From Patescibacteria group bacterium (lineage in GTDB: Bacteria > Patescibacteriota > Microgenomatia > UBA10105 > UBA927), in contig JBMOPU010000012.1 of assembly GCA_049322955.1 (NCBI GenBank), positions 83,581 to 147,580 on the forward strand: DNA of 64,000 nt. Direction: 5' to 3'. Every line of letters begins with the position of its first letter. The stretch's first letter is position 1. The notes below the pieces were generated by a model that made no database searches, was not told the DNA's origin, and saw nothing but the letters and a program-made list of their open reading frames with translations. Shown here piece after piece: positions 55,208 through 64,000 of this stretch. Position numbers and translations under genes: made by a program.

Positions 55208-56707
55208 TTGCCAGGGAGGAAGTTATACAACACGAATCCCCGGGGTGTCTTTGGTGACGTCGCCGCAATCTCACTTCACGGTGAACCGTATCAACAGATA
55301 CGGGAGGTCGGGGGAATAACGACGCATATCGATAGCAATGATACGCTTCGTCAGTTGGCAAAAAACGCCCGATACAAGGAATTGTTACCGGCAAAAATTT
55401 TTGCGGTGGAACCGTTCCTGTCGGACCTCTTTGAAAAAGACGGCTATTACGGGATTCAGAGAAAGATCGAGCAGGGCGCATCACTCACCTTTGAAGAAGC
55501 GTTTTCGCTTGCCACCTTCGTCTGTATCGGATTGAATATTCCCTTGAGAGAGGTAATAGGAGAGCGGTTAAAAAATAAAATGCCCGAGGACACCCATTTG
55601 CTCCAGGCGACGGCTCTGCTTGCCGCTATGTCCACGAAAGAAGCGTATGTGGGACTTACCGCCGCCGAAATTGCGGGTCTTGTTGCCGCAACGGTGCATT
55701 TGGATACCGTGGTCCGTACGGAATGCGAGAATCCAGTTATCGCGTTCGGGGGGATGGGAGGGGATAAAGGCTATCCGCTGAACGGACACGCCACAAAGCT
55801 TTTCAGTCTTTCGACCCTTGCCGCTATTATTCTATCGGCAGATACACCGGTGCATAAACATCACTCGTACCCCAATACGTCGAAGGTGGCGGGACAAAGT
55901 GCAATCGAAGCATTCGGCGCCCGGTCAGACTTCCAGACCGAGGCATCTTTAGGAGATACCTTTCATGCATCGCAATTGCTTATGACAAGTTGTCATATGA
56001 CGCGAACACTGCACACGCTCTCACATAAGCTGAAAGGCGAGACCGTGAATCATGTGGTGGGTCCGTTGTCCTTTACGATGTCTGCAAAAACACCGCTCCA
56101 CGCAATGATTGGGGTAAATGAAAAAATCCATCCGTCGGTTATCGTGGACGCATTGGCGATTCTTTCACAGAAAGGCTTTCAACGGTACGAAAACAGCGCG
56201 GTGTATTGTGGCACGCTGACGTCTTCACGTGGCGCGGATGTGCTCGATCCAGCGCTTATGAAACACATCGTGGTGCTCGATGAGGTGGCTCCGCCTCCCT
56301 ACGATAGCATCGTGTCCTTTCTGGTAGAGGGTAAAAATGCGGGGACATTCGTCCTATCACCGGAGGATTTCTACGACACCGATACACTCCGTTCGTTTGT
56401 TCCCGAGGCGCTGGCTATTCCCAACGACCGCCATGCAATCATGGAGGCAAATACGAGCGCCATAACGGGGGAGAATATGACGCGTGCCCGATACCTTGCG
56501 ATGACGGTGGGGTTGGGGTTGTTTGTACGGCATTGTCTCGGTGATCCGCAAGCGCTAGATATGAATAATCACCGGGTGCACAGACAAATGCTTCGTGCCT
56601 GTACCCAACGCGGGCTCGATCTTATTCTTTCGGGAAAGGGTCGGGAACAATTAGAAAAATATATTGCGGCATCCAACGTGCACGCAGGAGAGAAAGGAGA
56701 TGTATGA
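55208..56707 (+). CDS. GT3-fold protein (TrpD/anthranilate phosphoribosyltransferase - nucleoside phosphorylase II superfamily), long form of about 500 aa. Possible AMP/nucleoside phosphorylase-like or TrpD2-like. The N-terminus is probably frameshifted; the likely real start is ATG 55168.
   Basis: FGGMGGDKGYPLNGHATKLFSLST and PVHKHHSYPNTSKVAGQSAIEAFG parallel TrpD GTGGDG...N.ST and KHGNRSVSSKSGSADVLEALG. The track ORF begins at a TTG with no RBS. ATG 55168 has an AAAGGAG RBS but is in another frame. Confidence 0.55.
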   Translation: MPGRKLYNTNPRGVFGDVAAISLHGEPYQQIREVGGITTHIDSNDTLRQLAKNARYKELLPAKIFAVEPFLSDLFEKDGYYGIQRKIEQGASLTFEEAFSLATFVCIGLNIPLREVIGERLKNKMPEDTHLLQATALLAAMSTKEAYVGLTAAEIAGLVAATVHLDTVVRTECENPVIAFGGMGGDKGYPLNGHATKLFSLSTLAAIILSADTPVHKHHSYPNTSKVAGQSAIEAFGARSDFQTEASLGDTFHASQLLMTSCHMTRTLHTLSHKLKGETVNHVVGPLSFTMSAKTPLHAMIGVNEKIHPSVIVDALAILSQKGFQRYENSAVYCGTLTSSRGADVLDPALMKHIVVLDEVAPPPYDSIVSFLVEGKNAGTFVLSPEDFYDTDTLRSFVPEALAIPNDRHAIMEANTSAITGENMTRARYLAMTVGLGLFVRHCLGDPQALDMNNHRVHRQMLRACTQRGLDLILSGKGREQLEKYIAASNVHAGEKGDV

Positions 56708-57537
56708 ATATTTTTAAGGAACTTTTTTCCGTCAAAAAACCCATCATCGGTATGATTCATTTGCCTCCGCTTGCCGGGTATGACGGTCATCGGCCGATTG
56801 CGGAAACCAGGCGTCGAATTTTAACCGAGGCAGGCATTTTGGAAGAGCGGGGAGTGCACGGCATTATGATCGAAAACAATTACAGCGTACCGCATCGTGA
56901 GTTTATAAAAAAGGCCGAAGCGCTCGAAATGAAACGTCTTGTGCACGCGGTGACTCGTGCCGTGAAGATCCCCGTAGGAGTAGATGTACTCTGGAGCGGG
57001 TACCAGTCGGCTTTGGTAATCTGCAAGGAAACGGGTGCCCGATTTGTCCGTGTCGCCTCATTTGTTGATGACGTTATGACGCAATACGGGCCGATGCCGG
57101 CGCGGGGAGCTGAAGCGGTTGCAGAGAGAAAGAAGCTCGGTTTGGAGGACTCGGTGGCAATACTGGCGGATGTGCAAGTCAAACATTCGCACATGATGGA
57201 TCCCAAAAAACCGCTCCGACAATCAGTACGGGAGGCGGTGGATACCGGAGCCGATGCTATTATCGTTACCGGAACATGGACGGGAGTGGCCCCGATCATG
57301 AAAGATTTGCATATCGCCAGACGATTCGGACGGGGACTTCCCATTGTGGTGGGAAGCGGATCAACGCCTGAGACTTTGCACAGGTTATTTACCGGTGCCG
57401 ATGCCATCATTGTTGGCTCCGCAATCATGACTGATAAAGTTGTTGATGCACAAAAGCTGTCATCCTATATGGATAGCTATCGATCCTTGCGAGTACGAAA
57501 TTTTCGGAAAGTCAGGTACAATAAGGAGGAACTATGA
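56704..57537 (+). CDS. BtpA/SgcQ-family TIM-barrel protein.
   Basis: KPIIGMIHLPPLAGYDG is the BtpA-family N-terminal signature. Its start overlaps the upstream stop as ATGA. Confidence 0.65.
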   Translation: MNIFKELFSVKKPIIGMIHLPPLAGYDGHRPIAETRRRILTEAGILEERGVHGIMIENNYSVPHREFIKKAEALEMKRLVHAVTRAVKIPVGVDVLWSGYQSALVICKETGARFVRVASFVDDVMTQYGPMPARGAEAVAERKKLGLEDSVAILADVQVKHSHMMDPKKPLRQSVREAVDTGADAIIVTGTWTGVAPIMKDLHIARRFGRGLPIVVGSGSTPETLHRLFTGADAIIVGSAIMTDKVVDAQKLSSYMDSYRSLRVRNFRKVRYNKEEL

Positions 57538-58925
57538 ACATACAAACACATAAGCGGTTACTTTCAGGAATCACACCAAGCGGTGACGGGAGTCTGCATA
57601 TCGGCAATTATCTGGGAGCGGTCCGTCAATTTATTGAGCTCGCTCAGACACATGAGACATTTCTTATGGTTGCAGATCTGCACGGACTTACGACTATTCA
57701 GGACAAGAAACAGTTGCAACACAATATCGAAGCTCTTGTCATCAATGAATTGGCGTTACTTCGGGGTTTCATGAGTGAGGAAGCGTTTAAGAATATTGTC
57801 TTTTTTCGACAGTCGGATGTGCCGTTGCACACCGAGTGTCAATCTATTATCAACAATGTGACCCCTTTGGGATTGTTGAAGCGGGCACATGCATATAAGG
57901 ATAAACTTCAAAAAGATGTGATGGAAGACGACATTAATGTCGGATTGTTCAGTTATCCGATGTTAATGGCCGCGGATATTCTGCTTTATCAGGCGGAACT
58001 GGTTCCGGTGGGGAAGGATCAAAAACAGCATATTGAGATAACGCGTGATGTAGCACAACGATTCAACAAAATTTATAAGAAAAATATCTTTGCGCTTCCG
58101 GATGCTTACATTCCCCAAGAAGTGGCGACGGTTGTGGGTACGGACGGCAAGCGGAAGATGAGTAAATCGTTGGGAAATGTCATTTCGATATTTGAGTCGG
58201 AAGAAATATTGCGAAAACAGGTTATGGGCACCTATACCGATCCTGCAAGAGTGCATGCAACCGACCCCGGCCATATCGAAGGCAATATGGTATTTACGTA
58301 CCTCTCATTTTTTGGGGAACCCGAAAAAGTGGCGGCACTTGCCAAAAGGTATCAGGAAGGCGATGTATCCGATGTTGAAGTAAAAGAATATCTCTTTGAA
58401 AGCCTGCTTAGTTTCTTCGGGCCCGCACGACGTGCCTACAGGGAGTTGAAAGAAAATCCTTCGCTTGTCAAACGAATTCTTGCCGATGGGCAAGGCAGGG
58501 CGCTCGCCGTTGCGACAAAGACGATGGAAGAAGTACGAAAAGCAACGGGAATTACCACCGCCTATTCATTTTTCGCTTACCCCCAGCCGAAAGAGGAGGG
58601 GAGGGTTTCCATAGATGAATTTGCCCGGGTTGAACTTCGGGTCGGCAAAGTGCTGGAAGCAAAAAACAAAGAGGGGAGTGACAAACTCATCCGCTTACTC
58701 GTGACGTTCGGTGAAAAAACTCCTCGAGTTATTTTCACGGGGGTGCGCACATTCGGATATACACCCGAAGACTTTTCGGGGAAGCAATTTTTCTTTATCA
58801 CCAACCTGGCTCCCCGAAAAATGATGGATGAGGAAAGTCAGGGAATGATTCTCGCCGTCGACGGCGAGGACAAGCCGATCTTCCTTTCCGGTGAAGGCAT
58901 GCCGATAGGGGCGAAAATCCGCTGA
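57534..58925 (+). CDS. trpS: Tryptophanyl-tRNA synthetase fused to a C-terminal EMAP-II/Trbp111/CsaA-like tRNA-binding OB domain.
   Basis: SGITPSGDGSLHIGNYLGA (TrpRS HIGH region) and KMSKSLGN. About 110 C-terminal residues (VELRVGKVLEAKNKEGSDKLIRLLVTFGEK...QGMILAV) are typical of the Myf/EMAP tRNA-binding domain. Confidence 0.75.
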   Translation: MNIQTHKRLLSGITPSGDGSLHIGNYLGAVRQFIELAQTHETFLMVADLHGLTTIQDKKQLQHNIEALVINELALLRGFMSEEAFKNIVFFRQSDVPLHTECQSIINNVTPLGLLKRAHAYKDKLQKDVMEDDINVGLFSYPMLMAADILLYQAELVPVGKDQKQHIEITRDVAQRFNKIYKKNIFALPDAYIPQEVATVVGTDGKRKMSKSLGNVISIFESEEILRKQVMGTYTDPARVHATDPGHIEGNMVFTYLSFFGEPEKVAALAKRYQEGDVSDVEVKEYLFESLLSFFGPARRAYRELKENPSLVKRILADGQGRALAVATKTMEEVRKATGITTAYSFFAYPQPKEEGRVSIDEFARVELRVGKVLEAKNKEGSDKLIRLLVTFGEKTPRVIFTGVRTFGYTPEDFSGKQFFFITNLAPRKMMDEESQGMILAVDGEDKPIFLSGEGMPIGAKIR

Positions 58926-58947
58926 ACATGCTATACTTGAGGCTCGT

Positions 58948-60831
58948 ATGGCAGAGAAACCCCATCAATCCGCACGCAAAAGCGGCAACGGCAAGAAGAC
59001 CAAGAAAGTGTTTCAGTTTCAATTGCAACTCAATTTCAAAAACGTTGTAATCGGATTGTTTGTGCTGTTTTTCCTTTTTTCTCTCTTCGGCAGTGTCAGC
59101 AATCAGGCGGCGCTTGCTGAGGCAAAGCCGTTGTCTCAGGTGATCACCGACGTCAAGGACGGTACGGTAAAAACCATTGAGGTTGAAGACACAAAACTCA
59201 CCGTCATCCGTAAAGACGGAGCGACATACACATCGACTAAAGAATCACAGGACTCGTTGGTCACGCTTCTTGAAAAATCCGGCGTAGATCCGAAAACCGT
59301 TGAAATTGCCGTCAAAGATCTTTCCGCGGGAGCCATCTGGATGGGTATTATTGCCAATGTATTACCGCTTGTTCTCACCGTCGTTTTTTTCCTTTTTCTC
59401 TTTCGCCAAGCAAGGGGAGCGCAGGACAATATTTTTCAGTTTGGTCAAAGCAAAGCACGAGTGTGGAATAAAGATCTTCCCAAAGTGACATTCAAGGATG
59501 TTGCGGGAGTTGATGAAGCCAAAAAAGAACTCGAAGAAGTTGTAGACTTTTTGAAGAACCCCGCAAAATATAAGCTTCTGGGAGCGCGCACTCCCAAAGG
59601 GGTGATTTTAGTCGGCCCTTCCGGAACGGGAAAGACGTTGTTGGCAAAAGCCATGGCCGGAGAGGCAAAGACCGCATTTTTCTCTATTGCCGGCAGTGAG
59701 TTTATGGAGATGTTAGTCGGTGTCGGTGCCGCTCGTGTCCGCGATCTTTTTGCCCAGGCAAAAAAAAGTGCGCCCGCGATTATTTTTATCGACGAAATCG
59801 ATGCTATCGGAAGGATGCGAAGCGTCGGGGTTATGGGCGGCCATGACGAACGGGAACAGACGCTCAACCAAATACTCGTTGAAATGGATGGGTTTGAACC
59901 GAGTACCGCGGTGCTTATTGTTGCGGCAACCAACCGGGGTGATTTACTGGATCCCGCACTCACCCGACCCGGACGGTTTGACCGGCGTGTGGTACTGGAT
60001 CTGCCCGATTTGGAAGGACGAAAGGCTATCCTTGCCATTCACGCAAACGGAAAACCGTTTGATAAGCAGGTGGATTGGGATAAGGTCGCAAAGCGAACGG
60101 TCGGTTTTTCCGGAGCCGATATTGAAAATATGCTCAATGAAGCCGCAATTCACGCCGCGCGTGGCGCAAAGAACGAAATAGACATGAAAGATATTGAAGA
60201 GGCGGCAACAAAAGTAAAATTGGGTCCTGAAAAAAAACGATTGCAAAGCGATCTTGACCGCAAGATGACTGCCTATCATGAGGCGGGACATGCGATTGTC
60301 AATTACTACAGCCCTCATTTGGATCCGGTGCACCGGATAAGTATCGTTTCCCGTGGGATGGCACTCGGATTTACCATGGCGCCTCCCGAGAAGGATAGGC
60401 TTCATGAAACAAAATCCCGGCTTATTGAAGAAATGGCGATGACTATGGGGGGGCGTGCGGCCGAACAGATTATCTTTAAGGAACAGACCAGTGGAGCGGC
60501 AAACGACATTAACCAAGCGACGCGTATCGCACGGTATATGGTTACCGAGTTTGGTATGAGCGAGTTGGGGCCCATTAATTTCGGACCGCAAACCGATATC
60601 ACGGAGTGGGGGAAGTCCATGTACGAACAACAGTCGATCTCCCAGGAAATGCAAGCCGTCATTGATAAGGAAATAAAAAAGCTTATTGACGCCGCGTATG
60701 CCAAAGCACTCGAACTGCTGAAAAAATATCGCAAGGATCTTGATAAAGTTGCGGAAGAATTAGTGAAAAAAGAGACTTTGGAAGGCGATGACTTTGTCGC
60801 ATTGTTGGGTGGCGAAAAGAAGCGACTCTAG
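58948..60831 (+). CDS. ftsH: ATP-dependent zinc metalloprotease FtsH.
   Basis: N-terminal transmembrane segments. AAA+ Walker A GPSGTGKT, Walker [12 protein letters not shown], and the zinc motif HEAGHAIV. Confidence 0.95.
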   Translation: MAEKPHQSARKSGNGKKTKKVFQFQLQLNFKNVVIGLFVLFFLFSLFGSVSNQAALAEAKPLSQVITDVKDGTVKTIEVEDTKLTVIRKDGATYTSTKESQDSLVTLLEKSGVDPKTVEIAVKDLSAGAIWMGIIANVLPLVLTVVFFLFLFRQARGAQDNIFQFGQSKARVWNKDLPKVTFKDVAGVDEAKKELEEVVDFLKNPAKYKLLGARTPKGVILVGPSGTGKTLLAKAMAGEAKTAFFSIAGSEFMEMLVGVGAARVRDLFAQAKKSAPAIIFIDEIDAIGRMRSVGVMGGHDEREQTLNQILVEMDGFEPSTAVLIVAATNRGDLLDPALTRPGRFDRRVVLDLPDLEGRKAILAIHANGKPFDKQVDWDKVAKRTVGFSGADIENMLNEAAIHAARGAKNEIDMKDIEEAATKVKLGPEKKRLQSDLDRKMTAYHEAGHAIVNYYSPHLDPVHRISIVSRGMALGFTMAPPEKDRLHETKSRLIEEMAMTMGGRAAEQIIFKEQTSGAANDINQATRIARYMVTEFGMSELGPINFGPQTDITEWGKSMYEQQSISQEMQAVIDKEIKKLIDAAYAKALELLKKYRKDLDKVAEELVKKETLEGDDFVALLGGEKKRL

Positions 60832-60842
60832 CGCATATCTCC

Positions 60843-61802
60843 ATGAATCGACTAGTACTTATTGACGGTAATGCCGTCATGCATCGGGCGTATCATGCTC
60901 TCCCTCCGCTGACGGATCCTCGGGGACGTCCGGTCAATATCGTGTACGGTTTTATTTCGGTCATCATCAAGCTCACTGCGGCGCTCAAACCGACTCATAT
61001 GGCGGTTGCCTTTGACCGACCGGGCAAAACGTTTCGTGAGCATCTTTTGCCCACCTATCAGTCACAGCGGCCGAAAATGGAAGACGACTTCATTTCGCAG
61101 ATTCCGTTAGTGCATGAGGCGGTGACGGCATTCGGTCTCCCGATTTTTGAACTTGACGGTTTCGAGGCGGATGACATGATCGGTACCATTGCGGCCACTG
61201 TAATGGCCGCTAAAGGCTCGGAGATAGATCAGATGGTCATTGTGACAGGGGATCGGGATATATTACAACTCGTGCGTGACGATAAGGTGTTAGTCTATAT
61301 GCCGACCAAGGGATTATCGGAAGGGATGTTGTATGGAGAAAAAGAGGTGTATGAACGTATGGGCGTACCCCCGTCGCTTATCGTTGACCTCAAAGCGTTG
61401 ATGGGGGATGCATCCGATAACTATCCGGGCGTTTCCGGCATCGGACCTAAAACGGCGATAAAGTTACTTACTACCTACGGTTCATTCGAGGCAATATATG
61501 CCCGTATTGACGAGATTTCCAGTAAGACCCTCAAAGCGAAATTATTAGCGGGGAAAGAAAGCGGGACGCTCAGTAAAAAGCTTGCCGCTATCCGAACGGA
61601 TGCCCCCATTGTGTTTGAGGCAACATATGCGCGCGTGCCGACACTTCAGAAAGAGGAGGTGCGGGATATGCTTACGGCATTCCGATTCCCATCACTTATC
61701 CGGAGAATCGGTTTTGAAGAACGGGTGAAAAAACCCGATGTCTCAACCAGTGAGGACAGCCAGACGAATCCGACTGTGGTTGAACAACAGGAGCTGTTTT
61801 AA
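60843..61802 (+). CDS. 5'-3' exonuclease (Pol I N-terminal domain-like/FEN-type).
   Basis: Has LIDGNAVMHRAYHALP...TGDRDILQL...YPGVSGIGPKTAIKLL (H3TH motif). Confidence 0.85.
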   Translation: MNRLVLIDGNAVMHRAYHALPPLTDPRGRPVNIVYGFISVIIKLTAALKPTHMAVAFDRPGKTFREHLLPTYQSQRPKMEDDFISQIPLVHEAVTAFGLPIFELDGFEADDMIGTIAATVMAAKGSEIDQMVIVTGDRDILQLVRDDKVLVYMPTKGLSEGMLYGEKEVYERMGVPPSLIVDLKALMGDASDNYPGVSGIGPKTAIKLLTTYGSFEAIYARIDEISSKTLKAKLLAGKESGTLSKKLAAIRTDAPIVFEATYARVPTLQKEEVRDMLTAFRFPSLIRRIGFEERVKKPDVSTSEDSQTNPTVVEQQELF

Positions 61803-61803
61803 T

Positions 61804-62910
61804 ATGCGCGTTGCATTGGTTCATGACTATCTCGGCGAATTTGGAGGAGCGGAACGGGTCCTTGCGGCGTTATCGCAAATGTGGCCGGATGCTCCCATCT
61901 ACACCGCCTTCTGGCGAAAGGGGCCAGCGTGGGAGCGACTGAAAGATAAAGATATTCGGGTGTCATGGGCGCATCGGATACCGTTTTTCTCCACTAAACT
62001 CCATAGCCCGCTCCGATTTCTTGCCCCGCTGATATGGAACTCTTTTGATTTTTCCTCATATGACGTGGTGATAAGTAGCGCCAGCTGGTATATCACCAAG
62101 GGATTTACCAAAAAGGGAAATGCGATCGAAATATGTTATTGTCACACGCCACCGCGATGGCTATACGGGTATCCTACCAGTATCGAGTGGCAACGGTATC
62201 GTTTGGTTCGATGGTACGCGAAGATTGTTGGATTTTTTATGCGCCAATATGATTGGGAGGCTTCTCAGCGGGTGGATTACTTTATTGCAAACTCATTCAA
62301 TACGAAACGGCGTATCGAAAAGTTTTATCGGCGCACTTCTGTCGTTATATATCCGCCGGTGGCGATGCCGCCATCGCCGCAGGGGAAGAAGAAAGGTGAC
62401 TATTATCTTATTATTTCGCGAATTGTGGGGGGAAAGGGATTATCACTTGCCGTTGCCGCGGCGACAAAATTGGGCATCAAGCTGAAAATTGCGGGAGCGC
62501 CTGCGGGTTATGCCTCTGAGATGCAGAAATTGATTGCTACTGCAGGAAAAACCGTCGAATTTTTGGGATTCGTGTCGGATAGCGAGCTTCGCAGGCTCTA
62601 TAGTGAGGCTAAAGGATTTTTGGCAACATCCGCGGACGAAGATTTCGGAATCACTCCAGTCGAGGCCATGGCGAATGGCACTCCCGTTATCGCGTTTCGG
62701 GGGGGCGGGTATAGAGAGTCGGTTATTGACGGGAAAACCGGTGTTTTCTTTACCGAGCCGACCGTCGAGAGTCTCATCGACGCTATCCATCGATTCGAAA
62801 AAACGAAATTTTCGCCGCTTTCCTGCCGAAAACAGGCAATGCGATTTTCTGAAGAGAGATTCCGCAAAGAAATAAAGCGGTTTGTATTGTCCCATAAGGA
62901 AAAACGGTAA
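61804..62910 (+). CDS. GT4-family glycosyltransferase.
   Basis: Has MRVALVHDYLGEFGGAERV...EDFGITPVEAMANGTPVIAFRGGG. Confidence 0.8.
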   Translation: MRVALVHDYLGEFGGAERVLAALSQMWPDAPIYTAFWRKGPAWERLKDKDIRVSWAHRIPFFSTKLHSPLRFLAPLIWNSFDFSSYDVVISSASWYITKGFTKKGNAIEICYCHTPPRWLYGYPTSIEWQRYRLVRWYAKIVGFFMRQYDWEASQRVDYFIANSFNTKRRIEKFYRRTSVVIYPPVAMPPSPQGKKKGDYYLIISRIVGGKGLSLAVAAATKLGIKLKIAGAPAGYASEMQKLIATAGKTVEFLGFVSDSELRRLYSEAKGFLATSADEDFGITPVEAMANGTPVIAFRGGGYRESVIDGKTGVFFTEPTVESLIDAIHRFEKTKFSPLSCRKQAMRFSEERFRKEIKRFVLSHKEKR

Positions 62911-62998
62911 TAGAACAGTAGAGAGCGAAACTTTGATAATTGATGGCAGTGTGGTAGCATTAAAGCCACCTAACGACATTTTCGTAAGGAGAAACCTG

Positions 62999-63700
62999 AT
63001 GACACAGAGTCCGGATGTTTTTGTACTCTCACTCGGCGGCTCACTTATTGTCCCCAACGGCGGCATTGATGTCGCCTTTCTTAAGGATTTTCATGAATTT
63101 ATACGTCAGCAAGTCTCCGAAAAACATCGGAGATTTTTTATAACAGTCGGTGGGGGAGCGATTACGAGACACTATCAACAAGCCGCACGTGAGGTGCGAA
63201 AACATGATTTAAGCGACATTGATGCTGATTGGCTGGGTGTTCATGCGACGAGACTAAACGCACAACTTATCCGAGCGATATTTCAGGATCTTGCCGATCC
63301 GCGAGTTATTAAGCACTATGAAATTATTTTAAAAATTCAATCCCCGGTCGCTATTGCGGCGGGATGGAAGCCGGGGTGGAGCACGGATTATTGTGCCGTT
63401 ACCGTATGCCAGGATTACGGGCTCACGCAGGTCGTTAATATGACCAATGTGGATCAGGTCTACGATAAGGATCCGAATAAGTTCTCCGACGCGACCGCGA
63501 TAAGCAATATATCCTGGGGAGAGTATCGCAAAATGGTGGGTGACGTGTGGAAACCCGGGATGAATGCGCCGTTTGATCCTATCGCGAGCAAGCTTGCGCA
63601 GGATCTGGGCGTTACGGTAAAAATAGTGAATGGCAAGAACCTTTCCAATCTCGCGCTTGCCCTCGACGGCCAGGCGTTTGTGGGGACGACTATCACCTAA
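62999..63700 (+). CDS. pyrH: Uridylate kinase (amino-acid-kinase fold; archaeal-type PyrH-like).
   Basis: Has VLSLGGSLI...ITVGGG...VDQVYDKDPNKFSDATAISNISWGEY. The first ATG is at 62999. Confidence 0.65.
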   Translation: MTQSPDVFVLSLGGSLIVPNGGIDVAFLKDFHEFIRQQVSEKHRRFFITVGGGAITRHYQQAAREVRKHDLSDIDADWLGVHATRLNAQLIRAIFQDLADPRVIKHYEIILKIQSPVAIAAGWKPGWSTDYCAVTVCQDYGLTQVVNMTNVDQVYDKDPNKFSDATAISNISWGEYRKMVGDVWKPGMNAPFDPIASKLAQDLGVTVKIVNGKNLSNLALALDGQAFVGTTIT

Positions 63701-63706
63701 TGCAAC

Positions 63707-64000
63707 ATGGTGACCTCGTTAGCACTTCATAATTTTCGAAGCCATAAAAATGTTTCCTGGACATTAGACAACGGTGTCACCTGTATTGTGGGGGCCAATG
63801 CGGCTGGCAAAACGAATATTCTCGAGGCGATGATGTTGCTTGCGACGGGAAGAAGTTTCCGAGCGTCCATTGATCGGGAAATGATCCGTTGGGGTGAAGA
63901 GGTAACGCGAATTTCGGGAAAAACAAAAGACGCCACCGTGGAAATTATCATCACGCCCGGTGAGGTCTCCGGACAAAAGGCGCCCCTGAAACGATATCTG
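63707..64000 (+). CDS. recF: DNA replication/repair protein RecF (N-terminal part; truncated by the window edge).
   Basis: MVTSLALHNFRSHKNVSWTLDNGVTCIVGANAAGKTNILEAMMLLATGRSFRA, the RecF Walker A region. There is no stop before position 64000. Confidence 0.8.
   Translation, partial: MVTSLALHNFRSHKNVSWTLDNGVTCIVGANAAGKTNILEAMMLLATGRSFRASIDREMIRWGEEVTRISGKTKDATVEIIITPGEVSGQKAPLKRYL

Noticed and set aside
1-64000. Search for CRISPR arrays, rRNA, RNase P RNA, tmRNA and transposases
   Set aside because: No direct-repeat/spacer arrays were found, no intergenic region is long enough for rRNA, RNase P RNA or tmRNA, and no ORF shows transposase motifs (DDE, HTH-transposase).

Overview
This 64 kb bacterial window is gene-dense, and most genes are short and overlap or abut their neighbours. 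The content points to a small-genome bacterium, possibly Patescibacteria/CPR-like, but that is inference from gene content only.

Positions 1-28,600 form one large cell-surface glycan biosynthesis island. It carries an FdtA-like ketoisomerase followed by a DegT-family aminotransferase (a 3-amino-3,6-dideoxyhexose route), two GT2 and at least six GT4 glycosyltransferases, and four GT-C-like polytopic membrane proteins. It also has an O-antigen-ligase/polymerase-like protein, a Wzx-like flippase and a Wzm/Wzt-type ABC exporter, a PglC-like initiating phosphoglycosyl transferase, and a sugar-modification set: methyltransferase, SDR epimerase, nucleotidyltransferase, FAD oxidoreductase, SGNH hydrolase, a radical-SAM/SPASM enzyme, and a QueC-like PP-loop protein next to an HD hydrolase.

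Positions 28.7-32.6 kb hold two large surface proteins with no recognisable family. One is a lipoprotein-like protein whose last ~190 codons are strongly AT-shifted. The other is a Sec-secreted protein with a Cys-rich domain, a Pro/Gly linker and a beta-helix-like domain.

The rest of the window is mostly housekeeping:
- a MurL-like candidate (PP-loop-like motif plus Cys cluster) immediately upstream of murD
- rpmH-rnpA-yidD-yidC-jag, followed by a second ligase/flippase pair
- RNase H, an 821-aa membrane-anchored protein, rplY, and an epmA-efp pair
- a phosphodiester-glycosidase-family protein
- valS preceded by a leader with a T-box-like AGGTGGTACC element
- a Xer-type recombinase, two CAT-anticodon tRNAs (one initiator-like with an encoded CCA), an RRM/RGG protein and a GIY-YIG protein
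- an operon of a TrpD-like GT3 protein (probably N-terminally frameshifted at a CCCCGGGG run), a BtpA-family TIM barrel and a TrpRS carrying a C-terminal tRNA-binding OB domain
- ftsH, a 5'-3' exonuclease, a GT4, pyrH, and a partial recF at the right edge

No CRISPR array, rRNA, or obvious transposase was seen.
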